From the NCBI RefSeq assembly GCF_000007145.1, contig NC_003902.1:1207436-1239435 (forward strand): a stretch of 32,000 nt of DNA, read 5' to 3'. Below the pieces are notes generated by a model, which was not told the origin of the DNA, searched no databases, and worked only from the letters and a program-made list of their open reading frames with translations. Each line of letters begins with the position of its first letter. Within the stretch, counting starts at the first letter, position 1. The translations under genes were made by a program, and so were the position numbers. The DNA comes from Xanthomonas campestris pv. campestris str. ATCC 33913 (GTDB lineage: Bacteria > Pseudomonadota > Gammaproteobacteria > Xanthomonadales > Xanthomonadaceae). Of the stretch, positions 9,908 to 18,639 are shown piece after piece.

Positions 9908-11233
9908 TCACCCGATGCGCATTGCCGAACCCTCACGCACCCGGTTGTCCATCTCCTGCTGCTGGCTTTGCACTAATGCCTGTTGGCGATCCGTGTTGGC
10001 AATTTCCAGCCGCTGCAGCGATTGCTCAACCGGCGTCTGCACCGCGACATCGGTCGGCATGTGAGCGCGCAGGTGCGCGGGGTTATTCAATTCGCCCTGT
10101 ACAACAAACACGTGACGCCCGGCGGGGCTGTCGGCTGTCTGTGTGCTCAGCACCACGTGATCGGCGCGGTCCAGGTTGTTCTGGCGGGCGAGGGTCATCA
10201 CGCTGGCGATGAGGCGCTCACTGTTCTCGTCCGGTGTGCGCCCGGCTTGCGCATCGATGGCGTTGACGCCTGCGCGGACCTGCTGCAGCAATGCATAGTC
10301 CCGGTGGCCAGGCCCAATATCGGCCAGTTGGGTGGGCGCCTGTTTCGGGTCTAGAACGCCATCGACCGACGCGGTTAACGGGCTGCGGGTGATGGAGCGG
10401 TGCGGGTCGTCCTCATGAAACTGCGTGGCTTTGTGCTGCCGTTCCATGCGGACGGCGCGGGTATCGTTGAGTTCGGCGATACGGCCGGGATTGGTCTCTT
10501 CGCGCATGGAAAGATGCCCGCCGCCTGCGCTGACATTCACCCATTTTTGCTCTTTTTCGAAGTACATCGCATAGAAGCTGTTGCTGCCGATCACATTGGG
10601 ATCGACCGCGGAGCGGCCTTCCAGCATCTGGATCGCGTCGGTCGTCCCCAGCTTTGCCAGGTACTGGCTGCCGTCCACCACCCCCATTTGCGCAAAGGTC
10701 TCGTAGCCCGTGTTGCTGATACGGGTGGTGCCGGCGTACTCGTTGTCGAGCATGTTGGTCCAGATCTGCTCCAGCTTCTGGGGGCCGCTTTTTTCCAATG
10801 CCGCTTGCAGAAGGACGCGAGGCGTCCAGCAGTTGGGGTCGAGCTCATGGTCCAGGAAGGCTTGGTCGTGCGCCAGCATGACGGAGGCCCCGGGCAGGTT
10901 CAGCGCCAGATCTGGACGATCTTGACGGAACCAGATTTTCCGAAGTTCAAGATCCTTCTTGAGCAGTGTCTGTCCAAAATCCTCCCACTGCCGCTCGCTC
11001 AAGTCCGCGTTGGCAAAACGAGAGCCAGTATCGTGCTGTGTCCTGGCATAGTCTTGCGCGTAACTGTTGGCCACTTGGCCGGGCAAGCTGTCGTTGCGCA
11101 CCACGCCCAGCGCCAGCGTACCGTAGCCGTCCGCGCCATCCAGCTGCGAAAGATAGTTCCAGTACAACTCGCGATTGCCTTTATCCGCGTAGTTGGTAAG
11201 GATCTTGAGATCTTGCCCAGTCAATCCACTCAT
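9908..11233 (-). CDS. Putative X-T4SS effector (X-Tfe): unknown N-terminal toxin domain plus C-terminal XVIPCD secretion domain
   Basis: 441 aa. The C-terminal 132 aa (9908-10306) read ..SERLIASVMTLARQNNLDRADHVVLS....VFVVQGELNNPAHLRAHMPTDVAVQTPVEQSLQRL followed by a Gln-rich tail. This fits the XVIPCD pattern and is clearly homologous to the tail of the 16317-17981 gene. GGGAG RBS. The gene starts 25 nt after a lipoprotein gene. Confidence 0.8.
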   Translation of the reverse strand: MSGLTGQDLKILTNYADKGNRELYWNYLSQLDGADGYGTLALGVVRNDSLPGQVANSYAQDYARTQHDTGSRFANADLSERQWEDFGQTLLKKDLELRKIWFRQDRPDLALNLPGASVMLAHDQAFLDHELDPNCWTPRVLLQAALEKSGPQKLEQIWTNMLDNEYAGTTRISNTGYETFAQMGVVDGSQYLAKLGTTDAIQMLEGRSAVDPNVIGSNSFYAMYFEKEQKWVNVSAGGGHLSMREETNPGRIAELNDTRAVRMERQHKATQFHEDDPHRSITRSPLTASVDGVLDPKQAPTQLADIGPGHRDYALLQQVRAGVNAIDAQAGRTPDENSERLIASVMTLARQNNLDRADHVVLSTQTADSPAGRHVFVVQGELNNPAHLRAHMPTDVAVQTPVEQSLQRLEIANTDRQQALVQSQQQEMDNRVREGSAMRIG

Positions 11234-11258
11234 ATTTTACTCCCTGTCAGTAGACCGA

Positions 11259-12122
11259 TCACCTGACTTTGGTGCGTGCCAGTACTTCTTTTACTGCATC
11301 CTCCATGCGTTTCCAGTCCTTCAAGAATGCACGCTTGTAGTTGAGAGTGATGGAAAGTTTGTTTTCGATATCGGAGAAGTAGTGGACGCAACTTGCAGCG
11401 ACGGCACCTTTTTCATGGACTACTTCAGATCCCTCCAGCCGAACGCCATCTCCTCGGAATTTTTTGCTGTCGCACTTGATGAATGTGGTCAAATTGCCGC
11501 TGGAGTCGCGCGCGACGTACCAGTCGTCCTCAAACGCAGGGTTGCGCGTTGGAGGCTTGCCGTAGTGGGCTTCGTACGCTTTAACGTACACCGCCATCTT
11601 TTCTTCATCGATGGCATACGGCGTCAATCCGAGTGTTTCAGGCTGTGCAATACGCAGATCGAGTCTGTCGACGGGATCACCCCGTTCGACAGAATCAGGC
11701 TCGGTAAGCGCTTCGTTAGACGAATAACGTGCCAGCAATCCTTCGATGGGGACACGGTCAACATAATTCATCGAGGCATGGATCTCCTTGCGGAAATCAT
11801 TCGTGCGCGGGTTCGCCCGCGCACCGGGCGGGGTGGGGGTCATATCTGGCCACTCGATGACCAGCGTCACCACCTCGATGGACCACGGTGCGATCTGGCT
11901 ATCCAGATAGTTGGCGGGGATGCGGAAGGTGTTCGGCCCTAGCTTCACATCGACGGGAGCATCCGAATAGGTGTGCCCGTTGATGGTGCGGCCTGTGGTA
12001 ACGGTGCCTGACATGGGGGAAGTCCTTTTTTGTTCGGGTGATGGCGTCCGTGCACAGGCACTGCCGGTGACAGCGATGGCGAGTGCAAGGGCCAGGCACC
12101 GGCCGGATGACATCATGTGCAT
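11259..12122 (-). CDS. Putative cognate immunity lipoprotein (X-Tfi-like)
   Basis: 287 aa. Lipoprotein signal MHMMSSGRCLALALAIAVTGSA-C. It lies immediately upstream of the XVIPCD gene on the same strand and looks visibly lower in GC than its neighbours. Confidence 0.65.
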   Translation of the reverse strand: MHMMSSGRCLALALAIAVTGSACARTPSPEQKRTSPMSGTVTTGRTINGHTYSDAPVDVKLGPNTFRIPANYLDSQIAPWSIEVVTLVIEWPDMTPTPPGARANPRTNDFRKEIHASMNYVDRVPIEGLLARYSSNEALTEPDSVERGDPVDRLDLRIAQPETLGLTPYAIDEEKMAVYVKAYEAHYGKPPTRNPAFEDDWYVARDSSGNLTTFIKCDSKKFRGDGVRLEGSEVVHEKGAVAASCVHYFSDIENKLSITLNYKRAFLKDWKRMEDAVKEVLARTKVR

Positions 12123-12380
12123 TGGTCAATCCATTGCAGGGTTCGCCGCAACTATAGGCAACTTGGGATCAGCGCGACAGCAAGGGCCAAGCCTGCGATT
12201 GTCCGTGCCATGCGCCGCACGACATGGGAATGCGATCACGCTCTGCCGGAAGGAAAGGCGCGTGGATCAAAACGCGGGCGGTGCAACGGCCGCTCGCCAC
12301 GTGTGCCGAAGAAGGACGTTTGCCGCCCTTGATCGCACTAAGTGTCGAGCTGCAGCGTGGTCAACGCAGACGTCGCCGCG

Positions 12381-13094
12381 TCATGCTCCAAACGCGCCAT
12401 CGATCGTATGCATTGCGCCGGTGACAAAGCTCGCTTCCGGGCCTGCCAGCCATGCCACCATGCCGGCCACTTCGTCGGCACGGCCGTGGCGTTTGATCGC
12501 CATGAAGCTGTGCATCAGGTCTTTCATCGGCCCGTTTTCCGGGTTGGCATCGGTATCGATCGGGCCCGGTTGCACCACGTTGATGGTGATGCCACGCGGC
12601 CCGAAGTCGCGGGCCAGCCCGCGCGCCAGCCCTTGCAGCGCGGATTTGCTCAGCGCGTAGGACGCCATGCCGGGCAGCGGCATGCGGTCGCCGTTGACCG
12701 AGCCGATCACGATGATCCGCCCGCCGGGCGGCATCTGCCGCGCGGCCTCCACGGCGGCGTGGTAGGGCGCGTGCACGTTGATGCGCAACAGCCGGTCCAC
12801 CGCGTCCGGATCCTGGTCCAGCGCATCGCCGAACAAGGCGATGCCGGAGTTGACCACCAGCACATCCAGCGGCCCGCTGCGGCGCACCGTTTCGATGACC
12901 GCATCGCGGTCGGCACTGTCGGCCAGCACCGCGGTGCTGCCGGTGTCGCTGGCCAGGCGCTGCGCCGCCTCGACAGAGCCGGCATAGGTAAACGTCACCC
13001 GCGCGCCCTCGCTCACGAAGCGCCGCACGATGGCGGCCCCAATCCCCCGGCTGCCACCGAGCACCAATACCGACTTGTCTTTGAACGCTGACAT
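12381..13094 (-). CDS. SDR-family NAD(P)-dependent oxidoreductase
   Basis: VLVLGGSRGIGAA Rossmann motif, NSG, and a catalytic YALSK (YxxxK). ATG 13094 gives the canonical N-terminus MSAFKDKSVLVLGG. Confidence 0.9.
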   Translation of the reverse strand: MSAFKDKSVLVLGGSRGIGAAIVRRFVSEGARVTFTYAGSVEAAQRLASDTGSTAVLADSADRDAVIETVRRSGPLDVLVVNSGIALFGDALDQDPDAVDRLLRINVHAPYHAAVEAARQMPPGGRIIVIGSVNGDRMPLPGMASYALSKSALQGLARGLARDFGPRGITINVVQPGPIDTDANPENGPMKDLMHSFMAIKRHGRADEVAGMVAWLAGPEASFVTGAMHTIDGAFGA

Positions 13095-13111
13095 GCACCA
13101 CCTCGCAATTA

Positions 13112-13129
13112 ATGTAGCGGGTAATACAT
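13112..13129. promoter_or_regulatory. Possible TetR operator in the divergent SDR/TetR intergenic region
   Basis: Imperfect inverted repeat ATGTA-N8-TACAT inside an AT-rich 70-bp divergent promoter region. Confidence 0.3.
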
Positions 13130-13164
13130 AATATATTTCGCCTGCCGTCAAGGATGTTGTAACA

Positions 13165-13755
13165 ATGACTACAGAAACCTCCCGGGCGCGCGGCCGGCCG
13201 CGCGCATTCGACCCGGATCAAGCGGTCGCCACCGCGCAGCAGCTGTTCCATGCGCGCGGCTACGACGCACTGAGCGTGGCCGACCTCACCCAGGCGCTGG
13301 GCATCAACCCGCCCAGTTTCTACGCCGCCTTCGGCAGCAAGGCCGGCCTGTATGCGCGCATCCTCGACCGCTACGCGCAGACCGGGGCCATCCCGCTGCC
13401 ACAGATCCTGGACACCGACCGCCCGCTGGCCGACGCGCTGGCAGACGTACTGGAGCAGGCTGCGCGCTGCTACGCCGCAGACCCCGCTGCCACCGGCTGC
13501 CTGGTGCTGGAAGGCACGCGCAGCAACGACGCGCAGGCGCGCGAGGCGGCCTGTGGTTTTCATGTCGCCGCCCAGGAGTTGATCCGCTCCCACATCGCCA
13601 AGCAGCGCCCGCACGACGCCGACCGGCTGGCGGATTTCGTCAGCACCACCATGGCCGGGCTGTCCGCCAGCGCCCGGCATGGGCAGAGCCTGGAGCGTCT
13701 GCTGGCGAGTGCGCGCTTGGCGGGGGAGGCGCTTCGGGTGGCGCTGCGCGGATAA
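13165..13755 (+). CDS. TetR/AcrR-family transcriptional regulator
   Basis: N-terminal HTH RGRPRAFD..A...LF..RGYDALSVADLTQALGINPPSFYAAFGSK. Divergent from the SDR gene. Confidence 0.9.
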   Translation: MTTETSRARGRPRAFDPDQAVATAQQLFHARGYDALSVADLTQALGINPPSFYAAFGSKAGLYARILDRYAQTGAIPLPQILDTDRPLADALADVLEQAARCYAADPAATGCLVLEGTRSNDAQAREAACGFHVAAQELIRSHIAKQRPHDADRLADFVSTTMAGLSASARHGQSLERLLASARLAGEALRVALRG

Positions 13756-14241
13756 ACAGGGTGCGAGCGGGCAGAGGGCTTTCGATGGCGTGCGCGCACC
13801 TGCTCGCTAATCGAGGTGCGCTTGCCGCTACTCAGTACGGTCAATGGTCAGGTGGTACGAGACGATCGTGATTGGCCGTCGCTCAGGCGAAGTCGTTGTC
13901 GGATGATTGGTGCGGTAAATCAGGAAGGGACGGGGCAGCGCCTGTGGGACATCCATGTTCTAGGCTGGCTTTAACACAGGCCACTTCAACCTCCTTGTGC
14001 AATGCTGGTGAGCACATGGAGCCGCGCGCAGCGTGTTGTTTAAACGTTTCAAACTATCCGAATTGCTGCTCACCCCGGACAGTCGCGCTGAGTCCATACC
14101 AGATGGTGTCGTTGCGGGATGCAGCGTCTATTTCGGTCCCGCAATGGGAGCGCCGCTGAACCATTTTCGTCTGCGATCAGTCACTTGACCGAGCCTACTC
14201 ATACGGCCACAGTCCGGGACGTTCGCCCTCTTCGTTCAAGG

Positions 14242-15165
14242 ATGCCCGTGAAGAAGCTGACCCATTGCATCGTGGCGACCGCGCTGGTGCCCATCATGAC
14301 GCTTGGGTGTGCACGGCTTTCGATGGAAAAGGCTGCCGCAAAACCCCCAAGTGGTGCACAAGAAGCATCGTTTTTTCCTCAGGCGCCTGCTGCCACGCCT
14401 TCGCCTTGGGTGCCCTTCAAGCTGGAACGGCAGATGGGTGCGGTCTGTGTGGATCGTATGCAATCACAGGGTTCCTCGCCTGCACCATTGCTAAGGGACG
14501 GGTTTTGCAAAGGCCCGGCGCCTGCGCATATAGCGCGCGCATTGCTTGCCCTGCCTGCAAGTGCGGTTGACGCCTCGCCGCGAGCGCGCGAAGCGAGCCT
14601 GCGCGATGCCGTGTATGTGGCCGCACCCGGCTTGGGACGGCGCGCGGACTTCACCGTGGTTGCGGGTGATCTGACGATCCGTTCGTTTGAGAGTGCTGAG
14701 CCTGACAAAACGGTGTACGTGGTTTGGTCGGTGAAATGCGGTCCGGGCGAAGCTGGCCTCGCGTGTCAGTCAGGCAAAGGCCGCAAAGCCTATCGCCTCG
14801 GTAAGGACGGCACCGCACATGACGTCAGTGCATTGGTGTTCCCGCCGGTGCCCAGCCTGAGCGCTCAAGACATTGCCAGGCAAAACGACCACGGCGGCTC
14901 GGAGCTTTTTCTGTTCGACGACAAGCTACCTGTGGCGTCGACAATGCGATGGCTGATGGAATTTGATCCCGACCAGCCACTGGCCACCGATGACCCGAAG
15001 CGCGTCGGGTCTTACGCCCATTTTGGTTTTCTTCGGTGGACAGGCGAACGCTTCGAGCTGGTAGAGCGAGTCCCTAGAGCGCAGTGGCCATGTCGTCAGC
15101 AACGCACAGGCCAACCCGCGTGCTCGGATTATCCCGATGGTGAGGACCGTTTCGTTTCGAGGTAA
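14242..15165 (+). CDS. Periplasmic lipoprotein, paralogue A (putative X-Tfi immunity protein)
   Basis: Lipobox IMTLG-C after MPVKKLTHCIVATALVP. AAGGA RBS. Homologous along its whole length to the next gene, with six conserved Cys. Confidence 0.7.
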   Translation: MPVKKLTHCIVATALVPIMTLGCARLSMEKAAAKPPSGAQEASFFPQAPAATPSPWVPFKLERQMGAVCVDRMQSQGSSPAPLLRDGFCKGPAPAHIARALLALPASAVDASPRAREASLRDAVYVAAPGLGRRADFTVVAGDLTIRSFESAEPDKTVYVVWSVKCGPGEAGLACQSGKGRKAYRLGKDGTAHDVSALVFPPVPSLSAQDIARQNDHGGSELFLFDDKLPVASTMRWLMEFDPDQPLATDDPKRVGSYAHFGFLRWTGERFELVERVPRAQWPCRQQRTGQPACSDYPDGEDRFVSR

Positions 15166-15329
15166 ATGCAGTGGCAACACGGATTACCATGCTGTTAGGT
15201 GCGGCATGAGGTGAAAGGCTCGCGCACGAGTCACTAGACCAGAACTGTAAGCAGTGCGACGCAGAGCAATGACGTGTTTTGGTAAAAATTACGTAGATCT
15301 TGGGCTACCCCATTCAGACGGAGCAGAGC

Positions 15330-16247
15330 ATGCGTCATCGCCATTTAAACGGACTGGTTGTGGGTGCCGTGTTCATCGCTGCAGCTGGATGCGCCCAAGA
15401 CAGCGCGCGCTCGGCAAACCGTACCTCTACGGCAGCACCCGCCTCCGAGCATGCCTACCCAGCAGTGCCATCGTCTTCTCCAAAGCCTTGGAAGCGCTTC
15501 GCGCTGGAGCAAGGCATGGGGGCAACGTGTTCAACCCGGTCGCAGCGAACCTCTTCTGGCCGCAGCGCCCTGCTGCCGGCTGACGAATGTATCGGCCCTG
15601 CGCCGCGTCCCCTTGCCAAAGTCATTTTGTCGCTTACACCGTCTGATCTTGGGCTTTCAGTTGAAGCACGGGGCGAGGCCTTGAAGCATGCCGTTTACGT
15701 TGCGTCACCTGGCTTGGGTGAGCGCGCGGACTTCTTGTTGGCGAGCGATAAATTCTGGGTGCGCTCATTCGAATCGCATGATCCGCTTCAAACCGTTTAT
15801 CTGGTCGGCGGTGTGAGCTGTACCGATCAGGCATTGAACTGCAAAGATTCGCGTGGAGTACGCGGGTTCCGGTTTGAGGGGAAAGATCGGCTTGTGGATG
15901 TCAGTAAGAACGTATTGCCAGCGGCGCCTACATTGTCCGAAGACGACGTGCGTCGCTATCAAGCCTATGCGGAGCCGGTTCCCTCTCTGGATGTTTCGCG
16001 TCTGTGGCAGGTTCCCGTGTTGCGCTGGGTCATCGAATTCGACCCGGATGCGCCGTTGGCCGGTGACCCGCGCTATTACAACGATTGGGCGTATCTACAT
16101 TTCGGGTTTCTGGTATGGAACGGAAAGCGCTTCGATTTGATGGATAAGGTTGATCGCTCACGTTGGCCGTGTAGGCCCGTCGCTGAAGGAACGGCGGCCT
16201 GTTCTGGCCCGCTGGATAACAGGGGCGATCGTTTCGTCACTCCTTAG
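15330..16247 (+). CDS. Periplasmic lipoprotein, paralogue B (putative X-Tfi immunity protein)
   Basis: Lipobox AAAG-C after MRHRHLNGLVVGAVFI. GGAG RBS. Blocks shared with paralogue A: AVYVA.PGLG.RADF, RSFES..P..TVY, RW..EFDPD.PLA, HFGFL.W.G.RF.L...V.R..WPCR and DRFV. Confidence 0.7.
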   Translation: MRHRHLNGLVVGAVFIAAAGCAQDSARSANRTSTAAPASEHAYPAVPSSSPKPWKRFALEQGMGATCSTRSQRTSSGRSALLPADECIGPAPRPLAKVILSLTPSDLGLSVEARGEALKHAVYVASPGLGERADFLLASDKFWVRSFESHDPLQTVYLVGGVSCTDQALNCKDSRGVRGFRFEGKDRLVDVSKNVLPAAPTLSEDDVRRYQAYAEPVPSLDVSRLWQVPVLRWVIEFDPDAPLAGDPRYYNDWAYLHFGFLVWNGKRFDLMDKVDRSRWPCRPVAEGTAACSGPLDNRGDRFVTP

Positions 16248-16316
16248 AGTAGCTACCAAAACGATGGCGTCGCTACGTTTTGTTGGCCGTTCTTAATCGA
16301 TGCATGGAGAGCAAAG

Positions 16317-17981
16317 ATGGCTCGGGTCATAGAGTTCAATATCAAAGAGCGTGCGGATGAAGTGGTGGTGTTGTTCAATGCGAACCGTCCAGCAGACGCG
16401 GTGGCATTGCTGGAACAACACCGCCAGGGACAGCCTGAGGTCGTGCGAGAAAGCATGGACCGTTATGTCGGCAGCCAGGCAGAGCGCGGCATCGCCAGCG
16501 GTGCTGAAGGCCCGCAGACACCCTCCGTAGCAGCAGGGCTACAGCGCCTACAAGGCATCCCAACAACTCCACCGAGATTTCCAGCCGAAGCGGAGATGGC
16601 GGTTCTTTCCGACCGGCAGAAGTACGACGTCTACGCAAGTATCGCCCAGGCTCGCGGCAACACGGCCGCGGATCAATCGCTGGCCACGCCAGGGCAACGG
16701 GTCATCTTGGGGTTGCGCCAAGAAAACTCCACGCTCGACGCCATGGTAGATTCGGCTCATCCAACGCAACGAGCGGCAGATAACCCGGCAACTGCGCGTG
16801 ACGAATCGCGTGGCGGCAGTGGCGTCTACAACGACCGCTTGGTCGTCTTGTGGAAGGATGCTGACGGCACCCCGCACGTGGTGGAATCCAATCGCGCCAA
16901 TACAGAGCCCACCGCGCAATACGACCATCACGCCGGCAATACGGGAGCGAGGCCGCTGGGCGAGGGCGGCCGCGAGAATCGACGATTCGATCCTTCCCCT
17001 GGGTTTGAAAGCATTACGCGGCCCCGCAAGATCGAAGGTGACGACGTCAATGCAGACGGCGTTCGAGATCTTGGACGTCTGCATGACGGCACGATCGAAA
17101 TGCAGAGGGCGCAGCATCCCAATCCTTTGCTGGCCGGAACCCTGGACGACGCGCTGAGGCCCAGTCAGGCTGCGGTCACCGCAGGGCGCGAGATGGTGCA
17201 GCGAGACAGCAATGCCGATGGTTGGTTCGATTAGACCGATGTCAACGGTACGCAGGATCTCAACGACACGTTCAAGATCCATCGCGGATCACGTGGAAGT
17301 ACGGATTCCGCCGGTTGCCAGACGATCCACGCGGACGACTACGACGCGTTCATGGATGCTGTTCAAGGCAACCCCGCACAAACGCGCTGGCAATACGTGC
17401 TGACCAGCACCACGCCCGGGCCGGTGCGGGAGCAGCAACGGGACCAAGGGCGAGGGAATGAAGGGGCACAGCCAGGGCAGGAGGAGCGGGGGCATCCGCC
17501 GGCCCAGCCGCAGCGGCAGAACGGCGGGCCTGCAGCGCCTGTGCCTGGGAGGCCACGACAGGCAGACGCAGAAGACGCCCAACCCGCGCCTCACCCGTTG
17601 CATGCGCAGGCCAGCACCTTGGTCGGCCGGCTGGACGCCAGCATGGGCCGCGCCAGCGATGCGCACAGCGAGCGGATGAGCGCCAGCCTTGCGCACTTGG
17701 CAAAGGAGCATGGGCTTGAGCGGATTGATCACGTAATGCTGAGCAACCAAACATCGCGTGCAGCGGCCGGTGCCACCGTGTTCGTGGTACAGGGCGAACC
17801 CAGCAACCCGGCCCATCTGCGCGCCAGCATGCCCACCGATCTGGCTGTCACTACGCCGGTGGAGCAGTCGCTGGCAAAGCTGCAGGAGCTAGATGCGCGT
17901 ACCTTGGCGCAAGCGCAGAGTCAGGCGCAGGAAAGAGCGGTGGCTCAGGAAGAGGCGGTCAAGCCCCGGAGTATTGGGTGA
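16317..17981 (+). pseudogene. XVIPCD-tailed X-T4SS effector gene interrupted by one in-frame TAG (17232-17234)
   Basis: ORFs 16317-17234 and 17352-17981 are in the same frame. Reading through the single TAG gives a continuous 553-codon product. The C-terminal 129 aa (17592-17981) are an XVIPCD homologous to the 9908-10306 tail, preceded by a Pro/Gln/Gly-rich linker. Confidence 0.75.
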
Positions 17982-18070
17982 GGTTGTCCGTTCCCAGCCT
18001 TCGGCTGTGGACAAGCGCTCGGTTTCTCTTTTGAAAGCGCCCGCTTGCAAAAAGCGATCGTCCGACCGAT

Positions 18071-18094
18071 ATTCCAGATTCCGGAATCTGGAAT
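18071..18094. promoter_or_regulatory. Perfect 24-bp palindrome, likely autoregulatory operator of the downstream wHTH gene
   Basis: ATTCCAGATTCC|GGAATCTGGAAT ends 14 nt before the GTG start at 18109. Confidence 0.5.
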
Positions 18095-18108
18095 AAGGCG
18101 GGCTGGCT

Positions 18109-18639
18109 GTGGAATTGAAGCCCCAGGATCTGGTGGTGCTGTACAAGCAAGTCGCCCAGGCGAACCAAACCTGGACCTATGCCTCGCTGGGAGAAGCGCT
18201 GGGCATGAGCGCCTCTCAGGTGCATCGCAGCGTCAAGCGCGCGGTGGCATCTGGTTTGGCTCTTGAAAAAAGCCGGGGCGAGTGGGAGACGGTGCGCACG
18301 GCTTTGCACGAGTTTGCGGTCCACGGCGTGCGCTATGCCTTTCCTGCCGTCATCGGGCCGCTAAAGCGCGGCATTCCGACCTCCTTTGGCGCGCCTCCTC
18401 TGTCCATTGCCATTTCCAGCGCCCCAGGGGACGCACCGGTATGGCCAAGCGCGCAGGGCACGTCCAAAGGGCCTAGCTTGTCGCCGTTGTCAGCCGGTGT
18501 GCCCACTGCTGCGATGGCCGACCCTGCCTTGCATGCGCTGCTGGCGCTGCAGGATGCCCTGCGCAGCGGGCGTGCCCGCGAGCGCGCGCTGGCAGCAAGC
18601 TATCTCAAGCAATTGCTGGGGATTGGTGATGCGGCCTGA
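18109..18639 (+). CDS. Winged-helix/HTH protein, AbiEi-like antitoxin/regulator candidate
   Basis: 176 aa, GTG start. The N-terminal TYASLGEALGMSASQVHRSVKRAVASGL is HTH-like. The 3' end overlaps the next gene by 11 nt. Confidence 0.55.
   Translation: MELKPQDLVVLYKQVAQANQTWTYASLGEALGMSASQVHRSVKRAVASGLALEKSRGEWETVRTALHEFAVHGVRYAFPAVIGPLKRGIPTSFGAPPLSIAISSAPGDAPVWPSAQGTSKGPSLSPLSAGVPTAAMADPALHALLALQDALRSGRARERALAASYLKQLLGIGDAA

Noticed and set aside
14112-14144. An 8-bp inverted repeat, TTGCGGGA...TCCCGCAA with a 17-nt loop, upstream of the first immunity lipoprotein gene. The nearby GTTTAAAC palindrome was also noted.
   Set aside because: It is an isolated short hairpin without a T-tract, conservation evidence or a positional relation to a promoter. 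Such hairpins are common in GC-rich intergenic DNA.
9908-17981. The two XVIPCD-coding segments (9908-10306 on the minus strand, 17592-17981 on the plus strand) form inverted homologous repeats that might mediate inversion of the intervening 7 kb.
   Set aside because: The homology is mainly at the protein level. Nucleotide identity is only about 70% by eye, with no long identical tracts, which is too low for efficient homologous recombination.
18031-18060. A sequence similar to 19352-19380 (shared TTGAA..GC, an exact 12-mer GCGCCCGCTTGC, and GATC) flanks the AbiE-like cassette on both sides, a possible insertion direct repeat.
   Set aside because: Exact 12-mer matches are expected by chance, tens of pairs in 32 kb, and more at this GC bias. 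The flanking similarity is gapped and weak. This is not enough to claim att or target-site duplication without comparative genomes.
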